Source: Basidiobolus meristosporus CBS 931.73 (taxonomy: Eukaryota; Fungi; Basidiobolomycota). Taken from it: a DNA stretch of 64,000 nt. Made by a program: the position numbers and the translations under genes. A model generated the notes under the pieces. The model did not search any database and was not told the DNA's origin. It worked only from the letters and a program-made list of their open reading frames with translations. The first letter of the stretch is position 1; each line of letters starts with the position of its first letter. Where the stretch lies: assembly GCA_002104905.1 (NCBI GenBank), contig MCFE01000513.1:199-64198 (forward strand), read 5' to 3'. Shown one piece after another: positions 1-13,756 of this stretch.

Positions 1-835
1 GCATGTGGATATCCTGGCCAAGGCCAAGGAGCTGTCCCCAGACTGAGGATGATTCCATCTGCCCCCATCATCCTCCTGTCTCCTTCCACCTCCATCAGTT
101 CCGTCACTGCACCGCGACCCACTCCCTCCCCCACAATCTCCTGCTTCCCGGTTGGATCAAGGCCAGCTTGTACCCAACCATCCCCCGGGAGTTCCCCTAC
201 CTTCGTTTTCATACAAGTTAGTTGGCAGAGGACAGTCATGGTGATGCCTAGAAGGGAAGGTGCAGGGTCCATGGGGAAATACTGGTGATCCCATTGTCAG
301 TCACCTCCAAACTGGTGTGCAAAAGGGGGGGGAGAGGCTTACATCAAGTCAGGCTTTGGGGAGTTTACCCAAGCAGAAATCCACTGGTAACCTCTACCTG
401 ATAGTAAACCCAACCAACACCTAGTAATTCTTTCTGAATACCTGGATTGCTTCACACAAAGAATATGGAATCATGCTGGAAATACCGGGGGGAGGGGCAA
501 AAACCCCCAAAGGAACCCACTGGTGTTCTGGAGCAGTCCATCCCACCAATCCCCTACCAGATGCAGTCCATGCAGTCCACACAACCCACCAGGGCAAACC
601 AACCCTGTGAAAAAGCACCAACCAAAGGCCAGCAGAGGAACAGCAGAATTCCAAGTTCTCTTGAGCCCTCCCTGCTATCAGTGTCCCTACAAACAACAAT
701 AGGGTCCCATCAGTGGATCTGATCCAACCCCAAGAAACAAAAACCAAGAAATGGCCAGCAGCACACCTTCTTAATATCAGCCAGATTCCAACTCTCTCAA
801 AACTGACAACACTCCACATCTCAGGTACTAGCCAT

Positions 836-852
836 CCCTATATAAATAATTT
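836..852 (+). repeat. Terminal inverted repeat, transposase-side end of EnSpm-like copy B
   Basis: ccctatataaataattt resembles the reverse complement of 13737-13753 (ccctatgaaaaataatt); homology between the two regions continues inward for ~2.5 kb. Confidence 0.7.
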
Positions 853-1199
853 GGTCCCGCAGGCAGATCCAATCCAGATCAGCCATCAGGATCCTGTTTA
901 GAGACTGTTATAATACCAGCAGCTTGGAATTAGTGACCCTCTTAACAATCTTATGATGTAATCATGACAGCATTTTGCTAATTTTACTGCCAAATACAGT
1001 TTCAATACTTGACAGGGTTTGTTAGGTGCTGCAACAATATTTGCATGGCATTTTTGTGGTCTTAATGCACTCTGCAACTACTTTAAATGGATCTAACCAG
1101 CCAGGACATCCAACTCTCTTATATGACAAAAATCTTGACAGTATCTTGACGGCCCCACAGCAACACTCTGATGGCATTATAACAGTGGTATGGTGGCCT

Positions 1200-3323
1200 A
1201 CAGCTAGTTCTGTATAATGCTACCATACCAGTTTACCAAATGGTATTTCCTTTTTCTACCTCCCCTTGTGCAATTTGTATATTCCACTGTAGAATCACCC
1301 CTCTTTATTTGCTTACCCACTACTACCTTGGGTATTCCACACATAGTTTGAATCAAAAAAAACTATGGTCTCCTGCTTACCAACCTCTACAAATGTGCAC
1401 ACTTGCTGTAATGACATACTTCTATCACCTCAACTTTATGGCTTTTAAGTGTGATACTTGCAAAGTTGCCATATACCTTGTACTGCTGGTAACATATATA
1501 TCTTGCAAACATTTGCTTGGTTGTTGCCACTACTGCCATGAATACCTCCTGAATATCAGCAAAGAACTTCTTGGTATTTAGCCAATATATTCCTTCTCCC
1601 TGTTGAGTTCTAGTCCCCCTTATAGGTGTGCTCTGGCTCTTGTTTGTGTGAATTCTGTATTGAACAGTGTAGAAGTTGGCTTGTGACTAAGAGAAATCCA
1701 GCATACCTTGGTAGAGTTCTCCTGATAAAAATTAGTTGCTTGTTGCACCCAACCCAACCTTGCATTACTTAACTGATTACCCACACATTGGGGCTGCTTA
1801 TCTTCTTAATGCCATAAGCATAGGTGTCTCCATGTGCACATCTGTCCTCAGTATTTTCCAACTATTCCTGGCCATCCTCCATATGCCAACTTATCACATC
1901 CATGACGGACTTGAAGGTAATATTCTGGATGAAATTGGCATATGGTAGTACCTGCAACTTGACTTGTCCTCCTATCTCCCCACACACCTGCTCCATAGGA
2001 AACTCCCAAAAGGTGAAGCAAGGCCCAATATTCTCCACATGCTGTGCAAGATGGAGTGGACAATGGATACAGTAGCAGCAGAAATCTACACCCTCAGTTT
2101 TATGTTTGTAGTTTAGCCGCTTAAATCCCATCACAAACTCCTTGCACAACAGCTGTAGATGCATCAAGTTGGTATTGGTGATCTTCTTCTGGATAAGTAT
2201 TCCTAAAATGTCCACATATGACTCCCAATGCTTCCAATGAACTCTTGGTAGGAATGGCTTCAGAACACCACTTGAATAAATACATATTGAGTTCATCCAG
2301 TCTTTACATTTGTATTGTTGCATATGTGTATGAATATTGATTAGAGCCTGCAAGAAGTACTTAGGGTAGCCAATACTCTATAATATCTTACCAATACTTT
2401 TAAATTTCTCCGGTATCTTGAAAGGCTCATTTAGCTTGAAATGCCCCATGTACAACTTGGTCATTGATACAGGGATATTGTTGCAAAGCAAATACATTGC
2501 TCCCAGTGGAAAGCTTTTGCTCTAACAGATACCCTGTATCTCAAGTATCTCCAGTTTCTGTTGGATTCCAAATTCCGGCCAATGGCTTATAGCTTGCCAC
2601 CTTTGCTGCAATTGCATGCTGACTTCTGTATGTTCTCTCTGTGGAAATATGATGTTCTTATTGCTGGTGTTTGGGTAATAATACTGTGTGCAATTTATGG
2701 AGTAAATCCCCTGGATCTCACATATTCAACAGCAATACCAACCATTGTGCCTGGACAAACCTGCTATATTGCTGATGGCTGGGGTATCTCCAATGCCAAC
2801 AATAATATGCTCTTTTACAGGATGGCCATTTACTGTTATCCTGCTGGAAAGCATACAAAATTCATCCAGCAATGGATACAGCGAGCTATCCAGATTGGAC
2901 AGTGATTTAGGCCTAGATACCAGTGAGACTACCATCAGATTATTACTCTGATACTGTAAGATGGGTGGCAGATTCAGATTCCTGAGAATGAGTGGTAAGC
3001 AGGATTTGCAGGTAGAGTACTTTTTTAATGAGAATCCATCAAGTGCTAAAGCAAAGGCATGGTCATACATAAATTCAAGGTAGCCCTTGCATCTTAGCTA
3101 TTTGTAATGCTTGCCATCAAATATATTGGATATGTTTGCACTTGATTGATATTGAGCACAGTACTGTATAGCTTTGCAATATTTTTTGGACTGCTTTAGC
3201 TTCTTTAGATGGGGTATTACCAGAATATATCCAGAGTGTGAACTTTGTTTTCCCTCAATGGTGTTGGATTCCTGACAATTTGGACACATTGCAATGGTAG
3301 CATTTTTGGATGTTAGTGCCATG
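1200..3323 (-). pseudogene. tnp2/EnSpm-type transposase, copy B, 3' part, with stops and frameshifts; ends approximate
   Basis: ORF fragments 3098-3322, 2726-3070 (HAFALALDGFS...LNLPPILQYQSNNLMVVSLV...LDSSLYPLLDEF) and 1862-2353 (HCPLHLAQHVENIGPCFTFWEFPMEQVCG), which are typical Transposase_21/DUF4218-like motifs. Confidence 0.85.
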
Positions 3324-3326
3324 GAA

Positions 3327-3343
3327 CTCTTTGAAAAATTATT
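3327..3343 (+). repeat. Degenerate left TIR of EnSpm-like copy A
   Basis: ctctttgaaaaattatt versus consensus ccctatgaaaawtawtt, located exactly where transposase homology of copy B breaks. Confidence 0.55.
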
Positions 3344-3699
3344 GAGATGACCCCATCAGAAGGCCATCACAAAGTTAAAGTCTTGTGACTAAGAGGTACT
3401 GATCCCATCAGGACACCATCCAGAGACAATTGAAAAATAATTGCACCCCAGATTTCACAAAAAACTTTGTCAAAACTTTTCATCACAACAATGTATAAGT
3501 GGCTTTTAATTGGTTCCCTGCCAATTTGCTCACTTTCTGATCCCAGAAACTCTATTGCCTCTTTTTCACACTCCTTACTTCCTGACTCAACAGTTTCTCT
3601 TACTTTTCATGCGTACAAACTGATTTATTTCCATTGAAACTTCAGTTGTACCTCAATTGCCAATTGTATTGACCTATACAAGTCCCTATACCCTGCACT

Positions 3700-5795
3700 A
3701 ACATTAACCCCAACCCTACACTCAATAAGTAACTCCATTAAAATCCACCACTCAATAAGTATTTCTGCTGTAATGCTCTGGTTCCACAACTTTGGCGGGA
3801 ACCCAATGGCTTTATGCCACTATTCATTCACTGGTTCCCATACGTCCTGATCTTCAGCCAGCACTGCAAGGTCTAGCACCTCCTCTGCAAGTCTTTGTAA
3901 TAAATCCTTGCAATATTCAAGTGCATTTTCTTGAGCACTGCTCTTGAAGAAGTGGTGCAACCTCTTGGTGTGCCTATTAATGTTCCAAAATTCCACTGAA
4001 GGCATTGTGATAGTCTTTTGAGCTCTTAATGTTGTAGCCTTGTCTGTCAGTGGGATCTCCACTCTGTCAACAATGGAGGATGTGGAGGCTGTGGTAGACA
4101 AATTGCCTTTTTCAGCAAACTCATCTACCTTGCTGGAGTGTAGCTCAACTGGCAGCACATCCAACTCTTGTGCAAACAGCTGTTTTCTTGTGGGTAATTC
4201 TTCTTGGCTGTGATGGGATTCAGTCTGTTCCAGGCTTGTGGCGTTAATTGGCAACAACTGCAGTTTTTTTTGCATGCCTCCTTGTCTCAGGCTTGGGTAG
4301 ACATTTCTCCCTTTACCTTTCCCTTTATCACAGCCAGGTCTTTCACTGATACTTTGTGTGAGTGCTTCTTCTAAAGAACTATGTTTTCTGCTGGATAAAT
4401 TTTGCTTGGAATCATCCATTTTGGCCTGCTTGTCCCTTGCTAGCACTCTTCTGGCAACCTGATGCTTCTTTTCCACTTGTTTTGAGCTCTCAATCAAAGT
4501 TGTGACAGGCTCCTGTGAAAGAAGCTGGTTTTTATCACTGCCAGGTCCTTCACTGCTAACTTGACTGGGTGCTTCTTGAGTGGTACTACACTTTTTCCTT
4601 GATAAATGTTGTGCTGGTGCATCTGTGTCTGCCTGCTTGTCCCTAATTGGCACTCTTCCAGCTACCTGACATCTCTCTGATGCTTGTATGGAGCTTTTGG
4701 CCCTGCTAGTAAAGGGCTCTTGAGGAAGCCACTGGTTTTAGCCATGGCACCCTTGTTCTTCTGCCTTCAATAGTTTCTGCTATTCTTAAGATACTTTCTT
4801 AGCATACCAATGCTGGCCCAAAATCCATTTGCCAGTTTGAATCTAGGATAATGCTCATGGAACAAGTCAAGTGCATTCTGCTTGGGCTTGAGTTCCTGAT
4901 ATTTCTAAGGTATGCTGGCCTCAAGGTGATGGTGTGCTAGACTTCTGACAGCCTCTTGTATATTAGCCAACTCTTCATTATTGCACTCAACAGCTTGTCA
5001 GATCTGCAATGTCTTTTGATATTAGGCTTTGGTATAGACACCACATTGTCTCCCTCCCATGCTGTGATATGTTTTCTGTAGGCTTTATCTTTGGGCACTG
5101 TTGTTGTGCTTCAAAGACTGTATGGTGTTCCTCTGCTATCACATTGGGAATGGCTCAAATCTTGGCTGCAACATTGAACTGCTTGAGTTCCTTCTTTGCA
5201 GCAAAGACACTGCTTTCTCTACCTAGAATATTGATTGCTCGACATGTATTATCTGCTCATCCTGTTTCTGGACTATTTCCTGGTTTCTCTGCACCATAGC
5301 ATTTATCCTAGCAGCCACTGCACCTAATTACTTCATTAATGCTTTGGTATGAGCTGACAATATACTTGCTAATATGGGTGGTGGTGATGTTATCATGGCC
5401 ACTTGCTGGTCTTCAACTGAGGGTACTGTGTTTGCTACATTCTCATCTACCTGTGCATAATAGTCAGCTTGTGGCTCCACAGAGGTTCTCAATTGCCTAC
5501 TTGACTGAGAGCCTGAGAAGTCTGCATTATTACCTTGAATGGGCACACTGTCCACAGGGCCTTTTTTGGATGTAGCCCTGCTTGTTGCATTAAATGTCAA
5601 AGCATGCTGTTGTCCAACTGTTCTTCTGTTACCATCATTGGTGGGGTTTGGTTGGGAACCAGACAGCTTTGCTTTGTTTTTTGGCGGGATATATATGGAA
5701 GTGAGTCATACCAAAGGGGAAATAGTGTTACATATACGTGTGTATGTGGTGCCACAACTTTAATCATAATGCTTACTATTGCAGGGCATCATTGA
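3700..5795 (-). pseudogene. Accessory ORF (ORF-X) of EnSpm-like copy A, divergent from the transposase; decayed; ends approximate
   Basis: ORF pieces 5328-5600 and 3820-4653 are homologous to 15729-17693 (+) and 55480-56533 (+). Confidence 0.65.
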
Positions 5796-6303
5796 ATCTT
5801 ACATTCATGTAGGTGCAATATCTCAAATACAAGACTGTCTCAAGTTCACATGAGTATTGACCAAAAAGTGATATAGTAGCATTACATTGCTGAAGGTCAA
5901 TCTGTTTGCTCCATGGACAAGACTACTTTGACTCAATGCTGTAAGAGAAGAGAAAAAAGACCACGTGGCTGTTGTGGCAAGCCTCTCAGCAATGAAGCAT
6001 ACAGACAGCATAGGAAGTATTATAAGGATCATGGCCAGTACTCTGCCACCCAAGTCATATTAATCATTCATTGGTCACTACTGTACCAACATTATCTTGC
6101 CAGCCAGTTGATACTTCTATTTTGCCACCTGGCCATCTTTGTCACCTTGTGCAAACTAAGTCAGGTGAGTTTGTGACACCTTTGGGCTCACCTCAGCTTT
6201 CTGAATATGGCACACAGAGTGATAGCTCTAACAAAGAATGTTCACTGATGGATTTTGGGTCTATCTCCCCTAACAACTGTGCCACATATGAGCCTGGTCA
6301 GAT

Positions 6304-6652
6304 TGTTTTAAAAATTTGTATTTCCACCTAAATATTCACCTAACTTAGTCACTTAGATCATTACCTTCAAATCCTAGAGAATACTGACCAAATTGCTTGA
6401 CAGGATTTACTTAGAATATTTTCACCAAAATACCCGGTACCCAGAACATGAAAATTCTCAAAGTTGTCTAAACAGCCCCAAACTTTGCAAACATGCTCTT
6501 GGGACCTTTCTTAACCTATTCTATGTGTTTGTATTGCCAAGATCCGGTAAAAGTATCAATACTACTTTTACATTCAATAAATCATTAAGTGAAAACCACA
6601 TAATCTACTTGTTCTCCCAATCACTTCCAATATCTCCAAGACTCTAACAACA
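6304..6652 (+). repeat. 5' LTR of copia A (349 bp)
   Basis: Begins TG, ends CA; roughly 90% identical by eye to 10641-10990. Confidence 0.95.
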
Positions 6653-6664
6653 GGTTATGAGCCC
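6653..6664 (+). promoter_or_regulatory. Primer-binding site GGTTATGAGCCC (copia half-tRNA-iMet type)
   Basis: Directly follows the LTR; conserved after every 5' LTR of this family (50910-50921 minus, 59767-59778, 60694-60705). Confidence 0.8.
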
Positions 6665-6683
6665 CAAGCTGTCACTCTCTGCA

Positions 6684-9600
6684 ATGTCTACTACTGCTAT
6701 TGCTGGAATTTTCCCCTCTGCTGAGAAGTTGGATGGATCTAACTACCAAGTGTGGAAGGTGAAGATGAAGATGCTGCTACAAGAAAGAGGACTTTGGGAT
6801 ATTGTCATGGGAGAAGAATGACCTCCTAAAAACGTGGGAGAGGAAGCCTTAAAGTGCCAGAAGAAAGAACAAAGTGCCTTTAACTGCATTTGCCTTAATG
6901 TTAAGGACAAATTGCTAATTCAATGCTCAAGAGCAAAAACGGCAAAGAATGCCTGGAAAGCATTAGAAGACACCTACCAGTCATGTTCAGCTGCCATAAA
7001 GATGTATCTGAGACGAAAATTCTTTACTACAAAGATGCTGCCAGGAGAAGAAATGAAAAATCTAATTAACAGAATTACCCTGCTGGTAGATGAGATGGAA
7101 TCTGTGGGTGTACCAACTACTGATGAGGATGTGATAGTTACCATCCTGAATAGCCTGACAGACGAGTTTCAGGGCCTTGTATCAGCCCTAGAGTCCAGAA
7201 CTGAAGATTTGACCTTAAATTATGTATATGGAAGGCTCCTGGATGAAGAATTAAGAAAATCAAGTGCCAATAAGAGGGAAGAAGAAAATGCTTTAATAAG
7301 CAATGATAGCCAACAAAGGAGATACCCAAGACGCTACAAAGGCAACAGCAACCTACTTTGCAACTACTGCAAAAGGAAAGGACACACATCAGACCGGTGT
7401 CTCAAAAAGAGAGATTATCAGCAAAAGAAGCCTGAACATGAAAATGCTGCAACAACAGATGATAGACTATTCATATCTGCACTAAATATGACCACAAACA
7501 AGGATTCTCAGACATGGAGTATTGACTCCAAAGCTTCTCAACACTTTACACACCAAAAAGAACTTTTTACCCAATATCAAGAAATTCCAATTAAGAAGGT
7601 TTTCATGGGTGACAATAGAACACTTGATGCAGTGGGAGAAGGAACTATCCAAGTAAACCTTAGAAGCAGTGAAGGAAGCCATACACTGATCTTTAAAGAA
7701 GTATTCTATGTACCAGAAATAGCCAAGAACCTACTCTCTGTAAGCAAGGCCACAGCAGAAGGACTCAGTTTCAGTTTTGACAATTCTGGATGAAGGATCA
7801 CTGATCAAAATGGTGCCCATTTTGCTTTGGGCATCAGAGATCAGAATCTATACAAGTTGACTTATATTCCATCATATTTGGAAGCCAATATAAGTAACTT
7901 AAATGAAGAAACACCAATGCTTTAGCACAGGAGATTTGGACACATCAATTATGATTATTTGCGCAAAATGATCAAAGATCAGCTAATTTCTGGAGTAAAA
8001 ATTGATCCCCCAGCTAGCTTGGAGCACTGTGAAGCCTGCATATATGGGAAACAAGCCAGACAACCATTCAAGAGCTCTGGATTAATCAAAGCTAAGAAAA
8101 AATTAGATCTAATTCACTCAGATCTGTGTGGACCTATGCAAAATTTATCCTTAGGTGGGATGAAGTATTTAATCACTTTTATTGATGATTATACAAGATA
8201 CACATGGGTCTACTTCATGGAGAGAAAGGAAGAAACTCTGTCTAAGCTCAGGGAGTTTAAAGCCATGGTGGAGAGAGAAACTGGTGAAAAAATCAAGAAA
8301 ATACGCTCTGACAATGGTGGAGAATATACCTCAAAACTCTTCATCCACTTCTGCAAAATTCATGGGATAAAGCAAGTGACTACTGTACCATACTCCCCAC
8401 AGCAAAATGGAGTAGCAAAACAAGCTAACAGATCAATAATTGATATGGCAAGATCTATGATCTATGATCAAATATTACCATATGATTTTTGGGCGGAATC
8501 ATAGTTGCCACTGCTGTATATCTTAAAAATAGGAGTTATAACAGAATACTTTGTGATTCTACTCCATTTGAAGCATGGTATGGATACAGACCAAGTGCAG
8601 AACATCTAAGAATATTTGGGTGTACAGCATATGCCAAAAAACTGGCCGGAAATCAGTCAAAATTTGAGCCAAAAAGTGTAAAATGCATATTTTTGGGCTA
8701 CTGCAATGAGAGTAAGGCATACAGACTCTACAATATCAAAGCAAAGAAGCTTATCAAGTCCAGGGATGTGTTGTTTGATGAAAATTCAAAATGTTCACAA
8801 AAAATGACATCAGATGATGACAATAATTGATCTCAGGTCCACCAATTGTCAGGATCAAATCAGAGCAAAACAGTGAAAATTTTTTCACTCCAGAGGACTC
8901 TACAACTGTGGTTGAGCCAGAATCAGTGCCCAGGAATATCCCAGAAGTGATCATTCCAGTATCAAATGCCCGGAGATCCAATTGGACAAGAAATAGCCCA
9001 AATTACAATATCAATGAAGGTACAAACTTAGCCTATGCCTATTCAGTCAATATTAATGAACCCCAGACTGTAAAAGAGGCACTAAATAGCCCTCAGACAA
9101 ATTTTTGGAGATCTGCAATGACTGAGGAGTATCAGGCCCTGATGGAAAATCAAACTTGGGACTTAGTCAAATTACCAATCAACCAAAAATCAATTGGATG
9201 CAGATAGGTCTTCAAGACAAAATACAAGGCTGATGGTACAATTGAAAGATACAAAGCAAGACTTGTAGCCAAAAGATACTCTCAGACAAAAGGACTTGAC
9301 TATACTGAGACCTTTGCACTGGTCGCCAAGTTTAATTACATCAGATTAATATTGGCTATTGCAGCCAAATATGAGTTTTTTATACATCAAATGGATGTAA
9401 AAACTGCATTTTTGAATGGAGAACTTTATGAGGACGTGTATATGGACCAGCCTGATGGGTTTGCTGACCAAGATAACCCCCATTTGGTCTGCAAGCTTAA
9501 AAAGTCACTATATGGTCTCAAACAATCACCAAGAGCCTGGAATTGCAAGATAGATTCTTATTTGGAATCCTTGAGTTTCAAAAAAAGTAGTGCTGACTAT

Positions 9601-10629
9601 AGTATATACTATAAGCCAGATAGAGCAAATCCAGTTCTATTAGCTCTATATGTGGATGATCTTATTATAGCCGCCAATAACCTAGAAACATTGGAAGAGA
9701 CTAAATCCAGCCTATCTAAGGAGTTCAAGATGTCTGATTTAGGAGAACTGAGTCACTACTTAGAGATTAAGTTCTCCATAGACAGAAGTACCCAGACTAT
9801 TATCCTAAGCCAATCCAAGTATATTCAAGATATACTAAAGAAGTACAAAATGGAAGACTGTAAACCGGCAGCTACCCCAATGGAGACAAACCTTAACTTG
9901 GTCAAAACTCAACCAAATCAAGAGAGCTTGGTGCCATTTGAAAGCCCTGACTTTCCTTATTAATCTATGGTCAGCAGTCTGATGGACATCATGCTTGGAA
10001 CATGTCCAGATATCTCATATTCAGTGGGAGTTGTCAGCCAACATAATCAGAACTATGGATCTGATCATATTGCAGCAGTTAAGCAGATCTTTAGATACCT
10101 AAAAGGAACTGCTGATATCTGCTTAAGATACACTTATAAGGACTCAGAACAAGATCTTGTGGGATACTCTGATGCAGATTGGGGATGAATTCTAGAAGAC
10201 AGAAGATCCACCACAGGATACACCTTTCTTTACTGTAAAGGAGCAATTTCATGGAATTCAAGAAAGCAACCAACAGTAGCACTTTCCACCACAGAGGCAG
10301 AGTATATGGCAGCCTGTGAAGCTACAAAAGAAGCAATGAGGTTAAGAAAGCTGTTTACAGATTTAGGCCTATGTCAAAAAATGCCTATTACTTTATTTCA
10401 AGATAATCAAGGATGTATACAATTAGGTAGAAATCCAACTTTTCATGCTAGAACCAAGCACATAGATATTAGACATCATTTCATACGTGAAGCTATAGAG
10501 AATAGCTTAGTTAGCTTAGTTTACTGTCCTACAGATGAAATGATTGCAGACTTATTTACCAAACCATTAGCTAGAGACAAATTTGAATATCTTAGGTCAA
10601 AATTAGGACTAGTCAGTATGAACATTTAG
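6684..10629 (+). pseudogene. gag-pol: copia gag-pol polyprotein, disrupted by several stops and frameshifts
   Basis: CCHC knuckle CNYCKRKGHTSDRC; integrase HSDLCGP and RSDNGGEY; RT QMDVKTAFLNG and LYVDDL; RNase H YSDADWG and [11 protein letters not shown]. Confidence 0.95.
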
Positions 10630-10640
10630 CTGAATGGGAG

Positions 10641-10990
10641 TGTTGTAAAAATTTGTAATTCCACCTAAATATTCACCTAACTTAGTCACTTAGATCATTA
10701 CCTTCAGATCCTAGAGAATACTGATCAAATTCCTTGATGGGATTTACTTAGAATATTTTCACCAAATACCAGCTACCCAGAGCATGAAAATTCTCAAGTT
10801 TGTCCAAGCAGCCCCAAACTTTGCACACATGTTCTTGGGACCTTCCTCAACCTATTCTACGTGCTTTGTAATGCCAAGATCAGGTAAAAGTATAAATACT
10901 ACTTTTACATTCAATAAATCATTTAAGTGAAAACCACATAATCTACTTGTTCTCCCAATCACTTCCAATATCTCCAAGACTCTTATAACA
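10641..10990 (+). repeat. 3' LTR of copia A (350 bp)
   Basis: Preceded by a short purine tract gaatgggag; ends ataaca followed by the TSD. Confidence 0.95.
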
Positions 10991-10995
10991 CAGAT

Positions 10996-13400
10996 CCCTA
11001 TATGCAAAGAGACAACACCAATTGAAACAAATGCCAATGATACTTTATGGAGCCAAGTGAGCCAAGTAATATATCTACTGGTGAATTATGTAATGTTGTG
11101 GCTAGAGAAGTGGCATGTTTCCACTAATATCAGTAATGGGGGCTTTGAGCATTTATTACTACTTCTTCCCAAAATCATTCTGTGATGCAACTTATCATGT
11201 ACATGGTACAAGCTGACAACTGTCATGTGGCTGGCAACATATGATCCAGAGACTATTCTGATTCCAGCATGTGTTAATAGTTGCATGGCATACACATCCA
11301 AAAATGCTATCATTGCAATGTGTCCAAATTATCAGGAATTCACCACCATTGAAGGAGAACATTGTTCACACCCTGGATATATTCTGGTAATACATTGTCT
11401 GAGGAAGCTGATGCAGTCCGACAAATATTGCAAAGCTATACAGTGCAGCACTCAGCATCAATCAAGTGTAACCATATTCAATATATTTGATGGCAAGCAT
11501 TACAAACAGCTAAGAAGCAAGGGCTACTTCGAAGTTATGTATGACCATGCCTTTGCTTTAGCACTTGATGGATTCTCAATAAACAAGTACTGTACCAGCA
11601 AATCCTGCTGGCCACTGATTCTCATCAATCTGAATCTGCCACCCATCTTACGGTATCAGAGCAATAATATGATGGTAGTCTCACTGGTATATGGGCCTAA
11701 ATCACCATCCAACCTGGATAGCTACCTCTACCCATTGCTAGATGAATTTTATATTCTTTCCAGCAGGATTACAGTAAATGGCCATCATGTAAAAGCACAT
11801 ATAATTATCTGCATTGGAGATACCCCAGCCATCAGCAATATAGTCCAGCTATGTTTGCTGTTCAATGTGTGAGATCCAGGAGATTTACTCCATAATTCAC
11901 ACACATTATTATTACCTAAACACCAGCACTAAGAACATCATCTTTCCACAGAGAGAATGTACAGAAGTCAGCATACAATTGCAGCAAAGTTTGCAAGCTA
12001 TAAGCCATTGGCCAGAATATGGAATCAAACAGAAACTGGAGATACTTGAGATAGAGGGTATCTGTTGGAGCAAAAGCTTGCCACTGGGAGCAATGCATTT
12101 GCTTTTCAAAATATCCCTATACTCATGAAGAAGTTGTACATGGGTCATTTCAAGCTACATGAGCCTTTCAAGATACCAGAGAAATTTGAAAAAATTGGCA
12201 AGATATTGCAGAGTATCTGCTACCCTAAGTACTTCTCACAGGCTCTAATTAATATTCATACACATATGCAACAATACAAATGCAAAGATTGGATGAACTG
12301 GATATGTATATATTCAAGTGGTGTTCTGAAACCATTCTTACTAAGAGTACATTGGAAGTGTTGGGAGTTATATGTGGATATTGTAGGAATATTTATCCAG
12401 AAGCAGATCACCAATGCCAACTTGACACATTCACTGCTGTTGTGTGAGGTGTTTGTAATGGGATTTGAGCGGCTGCACTACAAACATGAAGCTGAACATG
12501 TAGATCTCCACTACTACTGTATCCATTCTCTACTCCATCTTGCACAGTGTGTGGAGAATGTTGGGCCTTGCTTCACCTTTTGGGAGTTTTCTATGGAGCA
12601 GATGTGTGGGGATATTGCAAGACAAGTCAAGTTGCAGGTATTACCATATCCCAATCTCATCAAGAATATCACCTTCAAGTCTGTCATGGATGTGATGAGT
12701 TGGCACATGTAGGACAGCCAGGAAGAGTTGACAAATACTGAGCACAGATGTGCACATCAATACACCTATGCCAATGGTATTAAGAAGCCAAGCAGCCCCA
12801 ATATGTGGGTAATCAGTTAGGTAATGCAAAGTTGGGTTGTGTGCAACAAGCAACTAATTTTTATCAGGAAGCTCTACCAAGGTATGCTGGATTTCTCATG
12901 GTCACAAGTCAACTTCTACACCATTCAATCTGGAATTCACACAAACAAAAGCCAGAATACACCTATAAGGGGTACTAGAATCCAGCAGGGAGAAGGAATA
13001 TATTGGCTAAATACTGAGGAGCTCTTTGCGGATATTCAGGAGGTATTCATGGCAGAAGTGGCAGCAACCAAGCATATGTTTGCAAGATGTATATGTTACC
13101 AGCAGTACAAGGTATATGGCAACTTTGAAAATATCACACTAAAAAGCTGCAAAGTTGAGGTTATAGAAGTATGTCAATTGCAGCAAGTGTGCATGTTTGT
13201 AGAGGTTGGTAAGCAGCAGGCCATAGTATTTTTTGATTCAGACTATATGTGGAATACCCAAGGTAGTAGTGTGTAGGCAAATAAAGAGGGGTTATTCTAC
13301 AGTGGAATATATGAGTTGCACAAGGGGAGGTAGAAAAAGGAAATACCATTTGGTCAATTGGTACAATAGCATTATACAGAGCCAGCAGTAGGCTGTCATA
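10996..13400 (+). pseudogene. tnp2/EnSpm-type transposase of copy A (5' part at ~6071-6303, split by copia A); 3' end approximate
   Basis: ORFs 11225-11872 (ACVNSCMAY...CPNY; LALDGFS; LNLPPILRY), 12065-12712 and 12824-13276; reverse complement of the 1200-3323 region. Confidence 0.88.
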
Positions 13401-13736
13401 CTGCTGGTATAATGCCATCAGAGTCTTGCTGTGTGGCTGTCAAAATACTGCCAAGTTTCTTGCCATATAAGGCAATTGCATGTTCTGGCTAACTGGATCC
13501 ACCTAAAATAGTTATAGAGCGCTGAAAGACCACAACAATACCATGCAAATATTGTCACAGCACCAATAAGATATTGTCAAGTTTTATCCCTTTGTTTGGT
13601 TGTAAATTAGCAAAACACTATCATGATCCCATTATAAGATTATTAGGAGTGTTACTAATTCCATGTTGAGGGTATTTTGATGGTCTCTTAATGGGATCTG
13701 TACGGCTGATCTAGATTGGATCCACATATGGAACCA

Positions 13737-13753
13737 AATTATTTTTCATAGGG
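13737..13753 (-). repeat. Right TIR of EnSpm-like copy A
   Basis: Reverse complement ccctatgaaaaataatt matches the ends at 836 and 57088. Confidence 0.75.
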
Positions 13754-13756
13754 CAG

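Larger units (their letters stand above)
6304..10990 (+). mobile_element. Ty1/copia LTR retrotransposon copy A, full length, decayed ORF
   Basis: TG...CA LTRs at 6304-6652 and 10641-10990. 5-bp TSD CAGAT at 6299-6303 and 10991-10995. The empty site gagcctggtCAGATccctatatgc is present on the minus strand at ~14030-14055. Domain order is gag-PR-IN-RT-RH. Confidence 0.97.
3327..13753 (+). mobile_element. CMC/EnSpm-like DNA transposon copy A, inserted in opposite orientation into the copy B transposase; itself interrupted by copia A
   Basis: Ends are ctctttgaaaaattatt (3327) and aattatttttcataggg (13753). The flanks rejoin to the native transposase sequence gccatg-cag-ctatt(t)acac seen uninterrupted (reverse complement) at ~11270-11290. 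Native length is ~5.74 kb. Confidence 0.8.

Noticed and set aside
1-835. Short ORFs and a G-rich tract (aaaaggggggggagagg, ~321-337) suggesting a PPT or gag remnant
   Set aside because: No TG-starting LTR follows the tract and no recognisable motif appears in any frame, so I left it unannotated.
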